Below, in pieces: positions 50,790 through 61,524 of a stretch of DNA of 64,000 nucleotides (positions within the stretch are counted from its first letter, which is position 1; each line of letters starts with the position of its first letter). The translations under genes were made by a program, and so were the position numbers. A model generated the notes under the pieces. That model searched no databases and was not told the origin of the DNA. It saw nothing but the letters and a program-made list of their open reading frames with translations. This stretch comes from Promethearchaeota archaeon (GTDB lineage: Archaea > Asgardarchaeota > Lokiarchaeia > Sigyniarchaeales > SOKP01): positions 128,001-192,000 of the forward strand of contig JAEOTA010000086.1 in NCBI GenBank assembly GCA_016840085.1, read 5' to 3'.

Positions 50790-51764
50790 ATGCCTGAAAG
50801 TGGGACTATTTTATATGATTTAAATACAGTATTTATTCCATGTCGAACTGTGTTGGAAATAGAGGCATTGACTTCTTTATTTTTAGAGTATTATAACTAT
50901 GATGAAATTAAAGAGTTACCCCAAAGTCAGCCAACAAGTCAAAAACTTATAGAAAAATTTCGAGTAATCGAATGTGAACCCCTTGAACACATTATTGCAT
51001 ATTTTATAGATGTTGTTGTAAACAAATTAAAACCCATTGTTATGTATGAGAGAGATCATCATGATAGATTTAGAATGGGTAATGTGGAAGCTTATACTAA
51101 GACAAGATTATGTTTATTTTTTGCATTACATCGATTAAAGTTAAAATTTTTAGTCATAAAGAATTTTATGGATAAATTCAAAAAAAATACTTATAAATTA
51201 GATCTCTCAAAAAACCAAGAAAATCTGGGGATTCATACATTTCTTTCTGCTTTTTATAGGGATTACTATAAAAAGAATAAAATGAATCTTAAATTAATGC
51301 TATCTTCAAAAAGAATGTCAGAAAGAGTTAGTGAATTAATGGATACTTCAAATACTATTACTAATGAAGATATTATTAATGCTATAACATTTAAGAAATT
51401 TTTAGATGATAAAAATAGAATCAAGTTTATCATGAAAGAAATTAAGGCATCTCTATTTGTGTGTAGAATAATGTTTGCAAAAATGGATGTATATAATCCA
51501 TTCACTATAGGAAAAGAAACTATGATTGATGCAGAAGAAATGATGATTAGCCAAGATTTTATTCCTGAGCTAATTCCCGCAATATCAAGATGTTATGCAG
51601 AGGGTATTATGACCCAACTTGAAGACTGCTTCAGAGCATATGAATTTATGATGAATAGAGTTTTAGAAGGGATCAACTACGCAGTCGAAATAGCATCTGG
51701 AGGACAGATTACTCTTGATTTAGATACAACTATATATAATACTGGAAATATCTTTGAAATTTAA
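50790..51764 (+). CDS. Hypothetical alpha-helical protein
   Basis: 324-aa ORF with strong AGGAGG Shine-Dalgarno. Confidence 0.8.
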   Translation: MPESGTILYDLNTVFIPCRTVLEIEALTSLFLEYYNYDEIKELPQSQPTSQKLIEKFRVIECEPLEHIIAYFIDVVVNKLKPIVMYERDHHDRFRMGNVEAYTKTRLCLFFALHRLKLKFLVIKNFMDKFKKNTYKLDLSKNQENLGIHTFLSAFYRDYYKKNKMNLKLMLSSKRMSERVSELMDTSNTITNEDIINAITFKKFLDDKNRIKFIMKEIKASLFVCRIMFAKMDVYNPFTIGKETMIDAEEMMISQDFIPELIPAISRCYAEGIMTQLEDCFRAYEFMMNRVLEGINYAVEIASGGQITLDLDTTIYNTGNIFEI

Positions 51765-51849
51765 TGTTTCACTCTTTATTTTGTTAGTACAAAAAAGTAA
51801 GTCTCTTCCTTTCTAAAACCATAAATTTAAACAATAATTTCAGAATTTA

Positions 51850-53136
51850 ATGAGATTTAGATTATTTAAAATAGATGAAAGTCGATTTTCGCACGATTAT
51901 AATCAAATGTTAAAGATTATTATATTAAATAGTCTAGGTTTCTTTTTTATCGGATTTTGGATTCCCATTGTTGCACGAATGAATATGGGTGCATCTGCTT
52001 TTCAAATTAGTCTTGTTGTAATATCTAATGTTATAGGTCGAATGATAAGCGGTTTTATTACAGGTTTTATCACTGATCGAATCAAATCAAGAACCTCACT
52101 CGTTTTAATAGGTTCATTTGGAAGGACAATTTCTTATTTTATTATTTATGCGGCTTTTATTATAAATCAAATTTTTCTTTTAGGGATAGGGTATTTTACC
52201 TTGGGATTTATGGCAGGAGTATTTTGGATCCCTTTCAATATTTTTGTAGCAGAGAAATCAAGTAAAGATCATCGTTCTCAAGCTTATGGAAAGAGAGATT
52301 CCACTAATGCGATAGGTCAAATTATTGGAGCCGTATTTGGATTTACTCTCTTGATGATTGCAAGTGTTTATACAGATAATCCTTTCATTATTTATATCGC
52401 CATTCCAATTTACGGGATCTCAAATATTGTAGCAGGAATTATTTTTTATCGAAGAGTAGACGAATCAATTAAATTTTCAGAATTCACGAATGTTAATTCA
52501 GATGAAACAACTGAAAAGAGAAAAGTATTAACGTCTATATCAATGTTTATTGGTGCTATCTTTTTGATTTCTGTTCTCTTTTTAGGTAGTATTAATGCGA
52601 ACATAGCTAGACCTTTTTTAAACATTTATATTATTGAAAACATTGAAAGTAATTTAAATTTAGTTGTTTGGGCATATCTCCCAGCAGGTCTTCTAGCGAC
52701 TCTTTTAGCCCCTAAATTAGGTGCTTTTGTCGATAAGCTCCCACCGTTAGTAGGTATCACAATAACAAGTTCATTAGGAGCTTTAATGACTTGGTTATTA
52801 ATTAATTCGGCTAACATATGGATTTTTTCACTTCTTTTATTATTTGATTTAGCTATTGGAATGTCTGCAGGCTTGATTTTTCAAAACTTAGTAAGCAGAA
52901 TTTCAACTGAACATAGAGGTAAGATTTTTGGAATAGGTGATTTTTTTGCTTTTTTAGGAAGCGTAATCGGTCCGCTTGTAGGAGGTATAGTATGGGATAT
53001 TATAAGCCCTCAATTTCCATTTATAATATCAATTTTTGTAGAATTATCGTTGATTCCATTATATTTAGCTGCAGTATACCTTTTAATGCCACATTTAGCG
53101 GAAACTTATGACATAGAAAAAAAAAGTAAGGATTAA
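51850..53136 (+). CDS. MFS transporter
   Basis: About 12 TM; GFITDRIKSR and GAFVDKL motif-A-like loops; HRGKIFG. Confidence 0.92.
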   Translation: MRFRLFKIDESRFSHDYNQMLKIIILNSLGFFFIGFWIPIVARMNMGASAFQISLVVISNVIGRMISGFITGFITDRIKSRTSLVLIGSFGRTISYFIIYAAFIINQIFLLGIGYFTLGFMAGVFWIPFNIFVAEKSSKDHRSQAYGKRDSTNAIGQIIGAVFGFTLLMIASVYTDNPFIIYIAIPIYGISNIVAGIIFYRRVDESIKFSEFTNVNSDETTEKRKVLTSISMFIGAIFLISVLFLGSINANIARPFLNIYIIENIESNLNLVVWAYLPAGLLATLLAPKLGAFVDKLPPLVGITITSSLGALMTWLLINSANIWIFSLLLLFDLAIGMSAGLIFQNLVSRISTEHRGKIFGIGDFFAFLGSVIGPLVGGIVWDIISPQFPFIISIFVELSLIPLYLAAVYLLMPHLAETYDIEKKSKD

Positions 53137-53164
53137 AAATTTAAAATATTTAATATTTTTCAAT

Positions 53165-54280
53165 TTATAGGTTTTTATTTTGTAAAGTTGTTTCTGCCCT
53201 TTCAATTTTTTTCTTGCTAAAATCCTTTACTTTTTCTAATATTTCTGATTTTTTAGCTGCTGTGTTAAATTCAGCAGGTTCTTGGATATAACCTTTATTT
53301 AAGGCGTTTTTATAGATCTTTTCTCCTATTTTGGTCCGAATTATTGTTGTGGTAAGTTTTTCTTCAGATCCAAGACCTCCAAAAGAGATATCCGCATAAA
53401 TATTTGAAAAATCTGAGCATGCAAAACAAGCAGGCCGGGCTATCTCCTTTAAATCTGAAAATTCTATGTGTAATGCATCTTTATTTTTAAAGTATAAGAT
53501 AAGATCCTCTCGAATGTTCATACTTTCTACATCTTCAAATTTAAAATTGAATTTCTCCTCCAGTTTTTTCCTATCTTCATCGTTAAATGAAAAGTTTAGA
53601 TAACAAAATAAACCTAAGGTATACTTAACAATATGTGCGGGAAGTATACTTAACTCTTGCATTTTTCTAATTGAGTTTATTTGGCAAGGTGTCCCAACAA
53701 CAGCTATATTTAGTAAGTCTGGCCCCATTACTTTTTTTAATGCTATATTGGTAGCAATGAAAGTGTTATACTTTTCCAATCCAACTACTTGGCTGGAGAA
53801 ATCATAATGAGAACCTGCAGCTTCTACTAATTCTTCATTAGTTGTCGCAAAAAAAGATATACGATTAAACGGACCTTTTCTTTTGCAGACAATTGCCCCA
53901 TCTATTAATTTATTATCTAATAAATAACCTAAAATAGCAGTAACCGCTCCACCATCAGTTGCTCTATTTCGAATTTCTTCAGAAGTAGCATGACATGAAG
54001 TAATTTTTATCTGGTTCCCAAGAGGTGGTCCATATTTGAATTTTTTATTTAATTGGTCGTTTAATACATGCGTTTGCGGACAGATAAAATAACATATACC
54101 GCATTTAAGACATTTATCTTCGTTAACATATTTAGGAGGTCCTGATTCTGACATTTCAATAGCTTTTAATTCTCCAGCTGAACAAAAACTAACACATCCT
54201 CCACATTCTCCACAAAGTCCTGGTTCATGAACTTCTTTTATTAAATCTTCAAATGTCTTTATGATTTCACTTTTAGCCAA
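53165..54280 (-). CDS. FrhB-family F420-binding subunit with N-terminal ferredoxin domain
   Basis: Two CxxCxxCxxxC motifs, DGGAVT, VVGTPCQ, GLFC, CFAC, ADISFG. Confidence 0.9.
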   Translation of the reverse strand: MAKSEIIKTFEDLIKEVHEPGLCGECGGCVSFCSAGELKAIEMSESGPPKYVNEDKCLKCGICYFICPQTHVLNDQLNKKFKYGPPLGNQIKITSCHATSEEIRNRATDGGAVTAILGYLLDNKLIDGAIVCKRKGPFNRISFFATTNEELVEAAGSHYDFSSQVVGLEKYNTFIATNIALKKVMGPDLLNIAVVGTPCQINSIRKMQELSILPAHIVKYTLGLFCYLNFSFNDEDRKKLEEKFNFKFEDVESMNIREDLILYFKNKDALHIEFSDLKEIARPACFACSDFSNIYADISFGGLGSEEKLTTTIIRTKIGEKIYKNALNKGYIQEPAEFNTAAKKSEILEKVKDFSKKKIERAETTLQNKNL

Positions 54281-54330
54281 TTATTTTCACCTATTTTTTA
54301 CTTAAAATTTAAAAAAATTCTTTTATTAAT

Positions 54331-55170
54331 TTAATATTCATCTGGTAATTCCTTAAGTTCGGCAAGAGAAAAAACAGGACCATCAACGCACACAAATTTA
54401 TTCCCGATATTACATCTTCCACATTTTCCAATTCCGCACTTCATTCGCATTTCTAAAGAGTTTAAAATTTGTTCATCTTTCCAGTTTAATTCTTCTAGAA
54501 CATTGATTGTTGTTTTAATCATTATTGGCGGTCCACAGACGACCGAGATAGCATTATCGGCACTTGGTGCCACTTTTTTAACAATAGGCGCAACAAATCC
54601 TACTTCTTCAATCCATCCCTCCGCTTCACGATCAATAGTTAACACAACTTTAATATCGTCTCGTTTTTTCCATTCATCTAACACATCTGTATATAATACC
54701 TCACCAGGATCCCGGTTTCCGTAGATTACAGTGATATCTCCATAATCTTTTCTATGCTTCTCATCGAGCAAATAGATTACTAGAGATCGTAATGTAGAAA
54801 ATGCGAAGCCTCCGCCAATTACTATAATATTTTTGCCCTTCATCTTCTCAACCGGCCAACCATTCCCACAGGGACCTCTAACTCCAACAGTATCACCAAT
54901 TTCACAATTGTGAAATCCGGAGGTTACCGTTCCCATCTTTTTTATTGTAAATTTTATAGTACCTTCTTCTGTAGGGGATGAAGCAATTCCTATAGGACAT
55001 TCTCCTTTTCCTATTAGACTAATTTCAGCAAATTGCCCTGGAATATAATTAAATTTCTTGTATTCTTCTTCTCTTTTAAACTCTAACTCGAAAGTTTTAA
55101 TATCATTAACCTTATTTTCTGATGCTATCGATTTAACTTTAGTAAGATATGGTATATAAGGATTAGGCAA
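54331..55170 (-). CDS. flxA: FAD/NAD(P)-binding subunit (FlxA/AsrB-like)
   Basis: PGQF, RGPCGNG, CGPPIM, MKCGIGKCGRC, CVDGPVF. Confidence 0.88.
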   Translation of the reverse strand: MPNPYIPYLTKVKSIASENKVNDIKTFELEFKREEEYKKFNYIPGQFAEISLIGKGECPIGIASSPTEEGTIKFTIKKMGTVTSGFHNCEIGDTVGVRGPCGNGWPVEKMKGKNIIVIGGGFAFSTLRSLVIYLLDEKHRKDYGDITVIYGNRDPGEVLYTDVLDEWKKRDDIKVVLTIDREAEGWIEEVGFVAPIVKKVAPSADNAISVVCGPPIMIKTTINVLEELNWKDEQILNSLEMRMKCGIGKCGRCNIGNKFVCVDGPVFSLAELKELPDEY

Positions 55171-56236
55171 CTACTTTCTCACCTTCTTTTTTTTCAATTT
55201 TAGTTACTTTATCTAATATTACTCGAAGATCATTATTAGCAGGGCATACAATAATACATCTACCACATCCAACACAGCCCAACAAACCATAGTTTATTGG
55301 ATAATAACTAAATTTATGCATGATACGATTTCGACATCGTTCTATTTTAGTCGGACGAGGATTGTGTCCACTGGTTTCAAGTGTGTAATAACATGATTGA
55401 CATGTATCCCAAATTCTAATTCTTCTACCTCGATTATTATATTGATCTGTTTCATCTATCACGTCGAAACATGTACAGGTTGGGCATAAATAGGCACAAG
55501 AACCGCATCCTATACAAGATTCACTGATCTCTTCCCATATAGGGTGGTCAAAAGATGTTTCTAAGTTTTTTACGATTTTATCAGCGTCTATCTTAGTAAC
55601 TATTGATTCTTCTGCTTGTTTAGCTATTTCTTCCGCTTTCTTCACATCTTTTTCGGTAGCATTCGAAAGCCAGGATAATTTCTTTACTAGGTCTTTGCCT
55701 TTATCATTAATGCTTTCAACTAAATATGTTTCACCTAAATCTGTTAAAAATACATCCATATTATCCTTTTTGAAAGGATTTCCGCCTACGGATGTACAAA
55801 AACATGTAGTTCTTGGAGTATTACATCCAATACCTATGAGTGTTGTATTCTCTTTTTTCTTTAAATAGATCTCATCCTTCCAGTCTCCGTGAAATGAAAA
55901 GAAATTAGCAAACAATTCAAAACTGTAAGCATCACATGGTCTAATTCCAAATATCAAGATTTTTTGGTCCAGATCCTGTCTATCAGTAATTTCTACATCT
56001 TTTTCGTCTAAAGAATATTCAAATAATACTTCTTCTTGAGGAAATAAAACTGATTTTGGTGGAATCTTTGAATTCAGGTAATCAAGGACAATATCATCAG
56101 GATTTTCGATCTTCTCGAAAACTATGTTTCCCTTTTTATTAATCGGGGCAAAAAAGTTATAGTCACTCACTAGTTCGTTATATAATTTTCCAATTTGGTC
56201 TTTCTTTAATATTTTTTGATCCATTTTTTTATTCAC
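55163..56236 (-). CDS. flxB: 4Fe-4S protein (FlxB/AsrA-like)
   Basis: GIRPCD, CFC, CIGCGSCAYLCPTCTC, CVGCGRCIIVCP. Confidence 0.85.
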   Translation of the reverse strand: MNKKMDQKILKKDQIGKLYNELVSDYNFFAPINKKGNIVFEKIENPDDIVLDYLNSKIPPKSVLFPQEEVLFEYSLDEKDVEITDRQDLDQKILIFGIRPCDAYSFELFANFFSFHGDWKDEIYLKKKENTTLIGIGCNTPRTTCFCTSVGGNPFKKDNMDVFLTDLGETYLVESINDKGKDLVKKLSWLSNATEKDVKKAEEIAKQAEESIVTKIDADKIVKNLETSFDHPIWEEISESCIGCGSCAYLCPTCTCFDVIDETDQYNNRGRRIRIWDTCQSCYYTLETSGHNPRPTKIERCRNRIMHKFSYYPINYGLLGCVGCGRCIIVCPANNDLRVILDKVTKIEKKEGEKVVA

Positions 56237-56241
56237 CTTTT

Positions 56242-57252
56242 TTAATCTTCCTCTAACATAAATTCTTGTGCATCCTCCATCTTGAAATCCATCATTGGGG
56301 GAAGGGTTTCTGCGTTAAGACCTGACGTGTAATCAAATCGTTCTTTCACAATTTTTTCCAATTTCCTATTGATAAAATTCAGGTCAATACCAACTGGACA
56401 TACTGATGAACACGCCCCACACGCCACACATCTCCCTGCTAAATGCATTGAGCGAACTAAATGAAATACAAGTATATCGTTAAATTCAGTAGTTTTGTTA
56501 AACCATATAGGTGCATTTTGATCTACAAAACAGAGATTGCAATAACACATAGGACAAGCCTGGCGACAACTATAACATAAAGTACACACTTCTAAAGTAT
56601 CTTTAATATATGCCCATTTCTCAGCAGTAGATTTCGATTCATAATCATCAATATCTGTAAATTCATCATGTATAGATTCTAATTCTTGACATTCACCTAC
56701 ACATGTCTTCTCTGGTGCAGAAGGGGATTTTATTTTACAAACTTTGCATAATTCGTTAATATACTGATCATAAGGAAATTTCTTCTCCCAATCCTTTCCC
56801 TTTACAATAATATCGTTCCCAGATATAGATACATCAAGAATCTCTTTTTCCCCAATTTTCATATCTATTTTACTTTTGTTAACATTTCCATTGCAATTAA
56901 TCCCTATCATCTTGATATTTTCTAGATTAACTTGCTTCTCCACCGCTAAAAGGTTTATTGCCCTAGCAACACAACCTTTAGCAACAATCCCAATTCTCAA
57001 AGATTTTCCCTCAGAATCACAAAGCTGGGGCATTAAGGGGGCTAAATATCTAGCTAAATTAATATAGCACAAATTATTCCAAATTAACCTGTCTACATCT
57101 TCTACTTTCCTAATAATAACTGGAGTAGAACTTAAAGGTACAGAACCTTCAGCATATCCAAGGATTACATCTACTTGATTTTCATTGAATAATTTTTTAG
57201 CCAATTCTCTTATTGAATTTTCAATTTCTTTGTTTTCTATCTCAATACTCAT
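56242..57252 (-). CDS. flxC: 4Fe-4S protein (FlxC/FdhB-like)
   Basis: AKGC, CTLCYSCRQACPMCYC, HLAGRCVACGACSSVCP. Confidence 0.82.
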   Translation of the reverse strand: MSIEIENKEIENSIRELAKKLFNENQVDVILGYAEGSVPLSSTPVIIRKVEDVDRLIWNNLCYINLARYLAPLMPQLCDSEGKSLRIGIVAKGCVARAINLLAVEKQVNLENIKMIGINCNGNVNKSKIDMKIGEKEILDVSISGNDIIVKGKDWEKKFPYDQYINELCKVCKIKSPSAPEKTCVGECQELESIHDEFTDIDDYESKSTAEKWAYIKDTLEVCTLCYSCRQACPMCYCNLCFVDQNAPIWFNKTTEFNDILVFHLVRSMHLAGRCVACGACSSVCPVGIDLNFINRKLEKIVKERFDYTSGLNAETLPPMMDFKMEDAQEFMLEED

Positions 57253-57256
57253 TTTA

Positions 57257-57709
57257 TTACCACTCTCTTTGAAATTTTTTATTTGGTCCCAATTCTTTTA
57301 CTATTTTTGTAGCCTTCTTTACTAGGTTTGCAAATCGCTCTCCTTCAGCAGCAGAAGCCCACATAAAATTAACCCTCCCGGGTTCAATCCCAAAGAATTC
57401 CAAAATTTCTTTCAGCATTGCAAAACGTCTTCGCGCTACTAAGTTTCCACTAATATAATGACAATCACCAGGATGACACCCTGAAACAATAACACCGTCC
57501 CACCCATCTATTAAACTCTTTATAATAAAATAGGGATTGACCCTTCCAGAACAGGGAACTCTCACGATTCTGATACTTGGTGGATATTGGATTCTACTTA
57601 CTCCAGCTAAATCTGCTCCGGCATAAGAACACCAATTACATAAGAAAGCAATGATCTTTGGTTCCCATTTCTCATCTATTTTTTTTTCTTCCAAAACTGT
57701 TTCTGTCAT
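57257..57709 (-). CDS. mvhD: MvhD/FlxD [2Fe-2S] subunit
   Basis: FLCNWCSYAGAD, PCSGR, GCHPGDCHY. Confidence 0.93.
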   Translation of the reverse strand: MTETVLEEKKIDEKWEPKIIAFLCNWCSYAGADLAGVSRIQYPPSIRIVRVPCSGRVNPYFIIKSLIDGWDGVIVSGCHPGDCHYISGNLVARRRFAMLKEILEFFGIEPGRVNFMWASAAEGERFANLVKKATKIVKELGPNKKFQREW

Positions 57710-57730
57710 TTCTTTAAAACCTCATTATTG

Positions 57731-60700
57731 TTATATTCTTGCAGTGATCATCGAATAAATCTGTTCGGCTGTAAAGCCTAAAATATCAATGGCACTACAT
57801 CGACAATTCCCACTACAAGCTCCGCAACCTTTACAAAGGGCTTGATTAATTGACGCTACTATCCCAAATCTTCTATTATCTATTAACTCTATCGCATTAT
57901 AAGCACAATTCTCTATGCACATACCACATCCGATACAACGAGACATATTAATTACTGCTGTTTTACCTTCTGCTTCAATTTCATCTTTAGAGAGAATTGT
58001 GCAAGCTCTTGAAACTGCAGCATTAGCTTGTGATATCGAATCTTCTATAGTTTTTGGACAGTGTGCTAATCCTGCAACAAACACTCCTTCAGTTGCAAAA
58101 TCAACTGGACGAAGCTTAACGTGGGCTTCTAAATAAAAATTATCATCATTTAAAGGAACTTTTAACATTTTAGCAAGTTCTTCATTTTCCTCGTACGATG
58201 CAACTATACCTGCACTTAATACTAATAAATCTGTAGGGATTGATAAATTTCCTGCTTTTGGAGTTTTAACTTTTACGTTTAATGATGAATCCTCTGAAAT
58301 TATTTCAGGTGGATTGTTTTCATCATATCGGAGGAAAATGACTCCTGCTTCTCTTGCTTTTCTATAATATTTTTCTTTAAATCCATATGTTCTAATATCT
58401 CGAAATAGAATAGTAACTTCTGTTGATGGATTTAACTTTTTAACTAACAATGCGTTTTTTATAGCTTCTGCACAACACATTTTGCTACAATATGGATGTT
58501 CGTCATTTCTTGAACCCACGCATTGAATCATAACAACTGATTTTTTATTTTTAATAACACTATCTGTATTTAATAATTCTTCGAACTCGGATTGCAAAAT
58601 AACATTTTTATTTTGCCCATAAAGAAATTCTTTTGGTTTATATTCTTTTGCTCCTGTAGCTAAGATGACAACTCCATGCTCAAATTCAGCTTTTTCCTTT
58701 TTGGAGCCATGAATAACTGTAGTTTTAAAGTTACCAATATATCCATCTAGACTTTCTATTTCAGCATTAGTATATAAATGAATAAATTTGTTGGATTTAA
58801 TCTTTTCAATTAAGTCTTTTAAATAAGCTTGAACATCTCCTCCTTCAAGAGTATGATATATTTTTCTTGCAAAACCTCCTAATTCTGCTGCTTTTTCAAC
58901 TAAATAAGTCTCAATTTCTTGACTAGCAAAGTTAAGAGCGGCGACCATACCACTTATTCCTCCACCTATTACCATTGCCTTCCTTGTCACACCTAGCTTT
59001 ATTCTTTCTATAGGTATTAATCGCCTAGCTTTATTAACAGCCATTCTTACAAGGTCTTTTGCTTTTTGAGTAGCCTCCTTAGGTTGGTTCATGTGAACCC
59101 AAGAACATTGATCACGGATATTTGCCATTTGAAATAGATATCGATTTAAACCTGCTTCTCTAATAGTTTCTTGGAATAGAGGTTCATGAGTTCGAGGAGT
59201 ACATGATGCAACAATAACTCGATTAAGATGATATTCTTCTATTTTTTCTTTTATTATCCCTTGAGTATCAGCAGAACATGTATATAAATTTCGATCTGCC
59301 ATAACAACATTTGGAAGCGTACCTGCATATCTAGTTACCTCTGGAACATCTACATACCCACCTATATTTATACCACAGTGGCAAATAAATACTCCGATAC
59401 GCGGTGGCTGTCCTGCCACAAAAATTTCTGGAGGTAATGTCTTTTCTGTTATTAAGGTGCCTCTCGATTCATATAAGAGCTGATCAACACAGCCAGCAGC
59501 CGCACTCGCCTGAGTGACAGTCTCAGGAATATCTTTAGGTTGAGAAAAAGCGCCACATGCAAATATTCCCAGTCTTGAGGTTTGTACTGGATTAAAAATA
59601 TCGGTTTTTGCAAAACCAAATTCATTTAATTCGATCCCAAATTTTTGAGCAAGGTATTTAGCATCATCGGGAGGATTTAATCCAACACTCAAAACTACCA
59701 TATTATAGTCTTCTTCAATAACTTTCCCATCTTCTGTTTCATAGCGGAGTCTTAAATCTTTTGTCTCAGGAACTTCTGTTACTGAAGATATTCTACTTCT
59801 AATATATCGGATACCATATTCTTCTTGAGCTCTAATAATATATTTATCAAAATCTTTCCCATACGCCCTTATGTCCATGCTGAAAATGGTAGGTTTTACT
59901 TCATGCTGATGTTCATGAGCAATTACCGCCTCCTTCGCTGTATACATACAACACACTGAAGAACAATATGGTTGTCCCTCTCCCGTATAGTCTCGAGATC
60001 CTATGCATTGAAGGAAAGCCAGCTTCTCTGGAATATCCCCATCAGAAGGTCTGAGAACTCTTCCAGCATATGGACCACTTGCGCTTAATATTCGTTCAAA
60101 TTCAATACTGGTTACTACATTCTTATATTTACCATAACCAAATTTGTTAGCTTCTTGAGGGACAAATTCATCAAAACCAGGAGCAAGAACAATTGCTCCC
60201 ACATTAATATTTACTTCTTCATCTTCTCGATCATATTCTACTGCTTTTGCTTTACATACACCTGCGCACACTCCGCATCCTATACAATAATCCTTATTGA
60301 TTGCATATACGAGTGGAACTGCCTGTGGATATTTTACAGATGTGGCAGCATATCGAGCTAATCCCTCATTGAATAAATCAATTGCCTCAACTGGGCAATT
60401 TCGTCCACAAACACCGCAACCAGTGCATATATCTGGATTTATAAATAGAGAATTCTTTTTCACCTTAACTGTGTAATTTCCTGCTTCTCCTGAGACATCT
60501 AAAATCTTACAATTGATACTCAAATCAATATTTTGATGACGTCCCGTTTCCACTAACTTTGGACTTACTATACACATTGCACAATCATTAGTCGGAAACG
60601 TTTTATCTAATTGTGCCATAACACCGCCAATACTGGTTGTTGATTCGATTAAATAGACTTTAAAACCTGAATCTCCCAGATCGAGCGCTGTTTGGGACCC

Positions 60701-60745
60701 CCCGATTCCAGCGCCTACAACCATTACTGCTCCTACTTTTTCCAT
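57731..60745 (-). CDS. hdrA: Large HdrA-like flavoprotein with two FAD modules
   Basis: VGAGIGG, LDKTFPTNDC, QCIGSR, YCSSVCCM, SCTPRTHE, EAHVKLRP, C-terminal ferredoxin. Confidence 0.95.
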   Translation of the reverse strand: MEKVGAVMVVGAGIGGSQTALDLGDSGFKVYLIESTTSIGGVMAQLDKTFPTNDCAMCIVSPKLVETGRHQNIDLSINCKILDVSGEAGNYTVKVKKNSLFINPDICTGCGVCGRNCPVEAIDLFNEGLARYAATSVKYPQAVPLVYAINKDYCIGCGVCAGVCKAKAVEYDREDEEVNINVGAIVLAPGFDEFVPQEANKFGYGKYKNVVTSIEFERILSASGPYAGRVLRPSDGDIPEKLAFLQCIGSRDYTGEGQPYCSSVCCMYTAKEAVIAHEHQHEVKPTIFSMDIRAYGKDFDKYIIRAQEEYGIRYIRSRISSVTEVPETKDLRLRYETEDGKVIEEDYNMVVLSVGLNPPDDAKYLAQKFGIELNEFGFAKTDIFNPVQTSRLGIFACGAFSQPKDIPETVTQASAAAGCVDQLLYESRGTLITEKTLPPEIFVAGQPPRIGVFICHCGINIGGYVDVPEVTRYAGTLPNVVMADRNLYTCSADTQGIIKEKIEEYHLNRVIVASCTPRTHEPLFQETIREAGLNRYLFQMANIRDQCSWVHMNQPKEATQKAKDLVRMAVNKARRLIPIERIKLGVTRKAMVIGGGISGMVAALNFASQEIETYLVEKAAELGGFARKIYHTLEGGDVQAYLKDLIEKIKSNKFIHLYTNAEIESLDGYIGNFKTTVIHGSKKEKAEFEHGVVILATGAKEYKPKEFLYGQNKNVILQSEFEELLNTDSVIKNKKSVVMIQCVGSRNDEHPYCSKMCCAEAIKNALLVKKLNPSTEVTILFRDIRTYGFKEKYYRKAREAGVIFLRYDENNPPEIISEDSSLNVKVKTPKAGNLSIPTDLLVLSAGIVASYEENEELAKMLKVPLNDDNFYLEAHVKLRPVDFATEGVFVAGLAHCPKTIEDSISQANAAVSRACTILSKDEIEAEGKTAVINMSRCIGCGMCIENCAYNAIELIDNRRFGIVASINQALCKGCGACSGNCRCSAIDILGFTAEQIYSMITARI

Positions 60746-60757
60746 ATTTTATCCTCT

Positions 60758-61519
60758 TTATATTTTATGAAACATTGGTGTTATTCCAACCAATTCTCCG
60801 AAGTCTACTTTACCTCGACTTTTTAAAATTACCATGTGTTCTAAAACAACACTTGGATCTATTTTTAATTCAATTGCTAAATCTTTTACGGATTTAGAAT
60901 CCTTATCTAACGAAACTAAAATTCGATGTCGGTTATACTCATCTATAATTGCTGAATCGAAAATTTCATTAAATTTTTCTAGTGAAACTTTTTCACCATA
61001 GACATTTTCTTGTTCTATAATTTTTCTTTCTCTTCCTACAAGTGCTCTCATTCGATCACTTGCCGCAGCTTCTTCAATAGCCCTCAATTCCTCAAGGATT
61101 TCTTTATCTGGCTTATCTCCACCTACAGGAGATGGTCCTAGTGATTTAATATGATCAGTAAATTCCTTTACAATTGCAGCATATCGAGTACCTTCGGATG
61201 CTGATACCCAATCTAACCGTACCCTATTATCAAAATCAATAAGTTTAAGAAATCGTGTTACCATATCAAATTTTTTCTCAGCTTCATAATTCCCTTCAAG
61301 ATAATGACAATCTCCTGGATGGCATCCTAAGACAATGACTCCATCAGCTCCAACTCGGAGCGCTTCAAAAATAAACTTTGGATCAACTCTACCACTACAC
61401 ATAACTCTTATGACTCTAATATTAGGAGGGTACTGCATTCTACTAACTCCAGCTAAATCAGCTCCCGCATATGAGCACCAATTACATAAAAATCCTAAAA
61501 TTTTTGGTTCAAAACTCAT
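60758..61519 (-). CDS. mvhD: MvhD-like protein with C-terminal extension (wHTH-like)
   Basis: FLCNWCSYAGAD, MCSGR, GCHPGDCHY; extension KSVKDLAIELKIDPSVVLEHMVILKSRGKV. Confidence 0.88.
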   Translation of the reverse strand: MSFEPKILGFLCNWCSYAGADLAGVSRMQYPPNIRVIRVMCSGRVDPKFIFEALRVGADGVIVLGCHPGDCHYLEGNYEAEKKFDMVTRFLKLIDFDNRVRLDWVSASEGTRYAAIVKEFTDHIKSLGPSPVGGDKPDKEILEELRAIEEAAASDRMRALVGRERKIIEQENVYGEKVSLEKFNEIFDSAIIDEYNRHRILVSLDKDSKSVKDLAIELKIDPSVVLEHMVILKSRGKVDFGELVGITPMFHKI

Positions 61520-61524
61520 AATTC

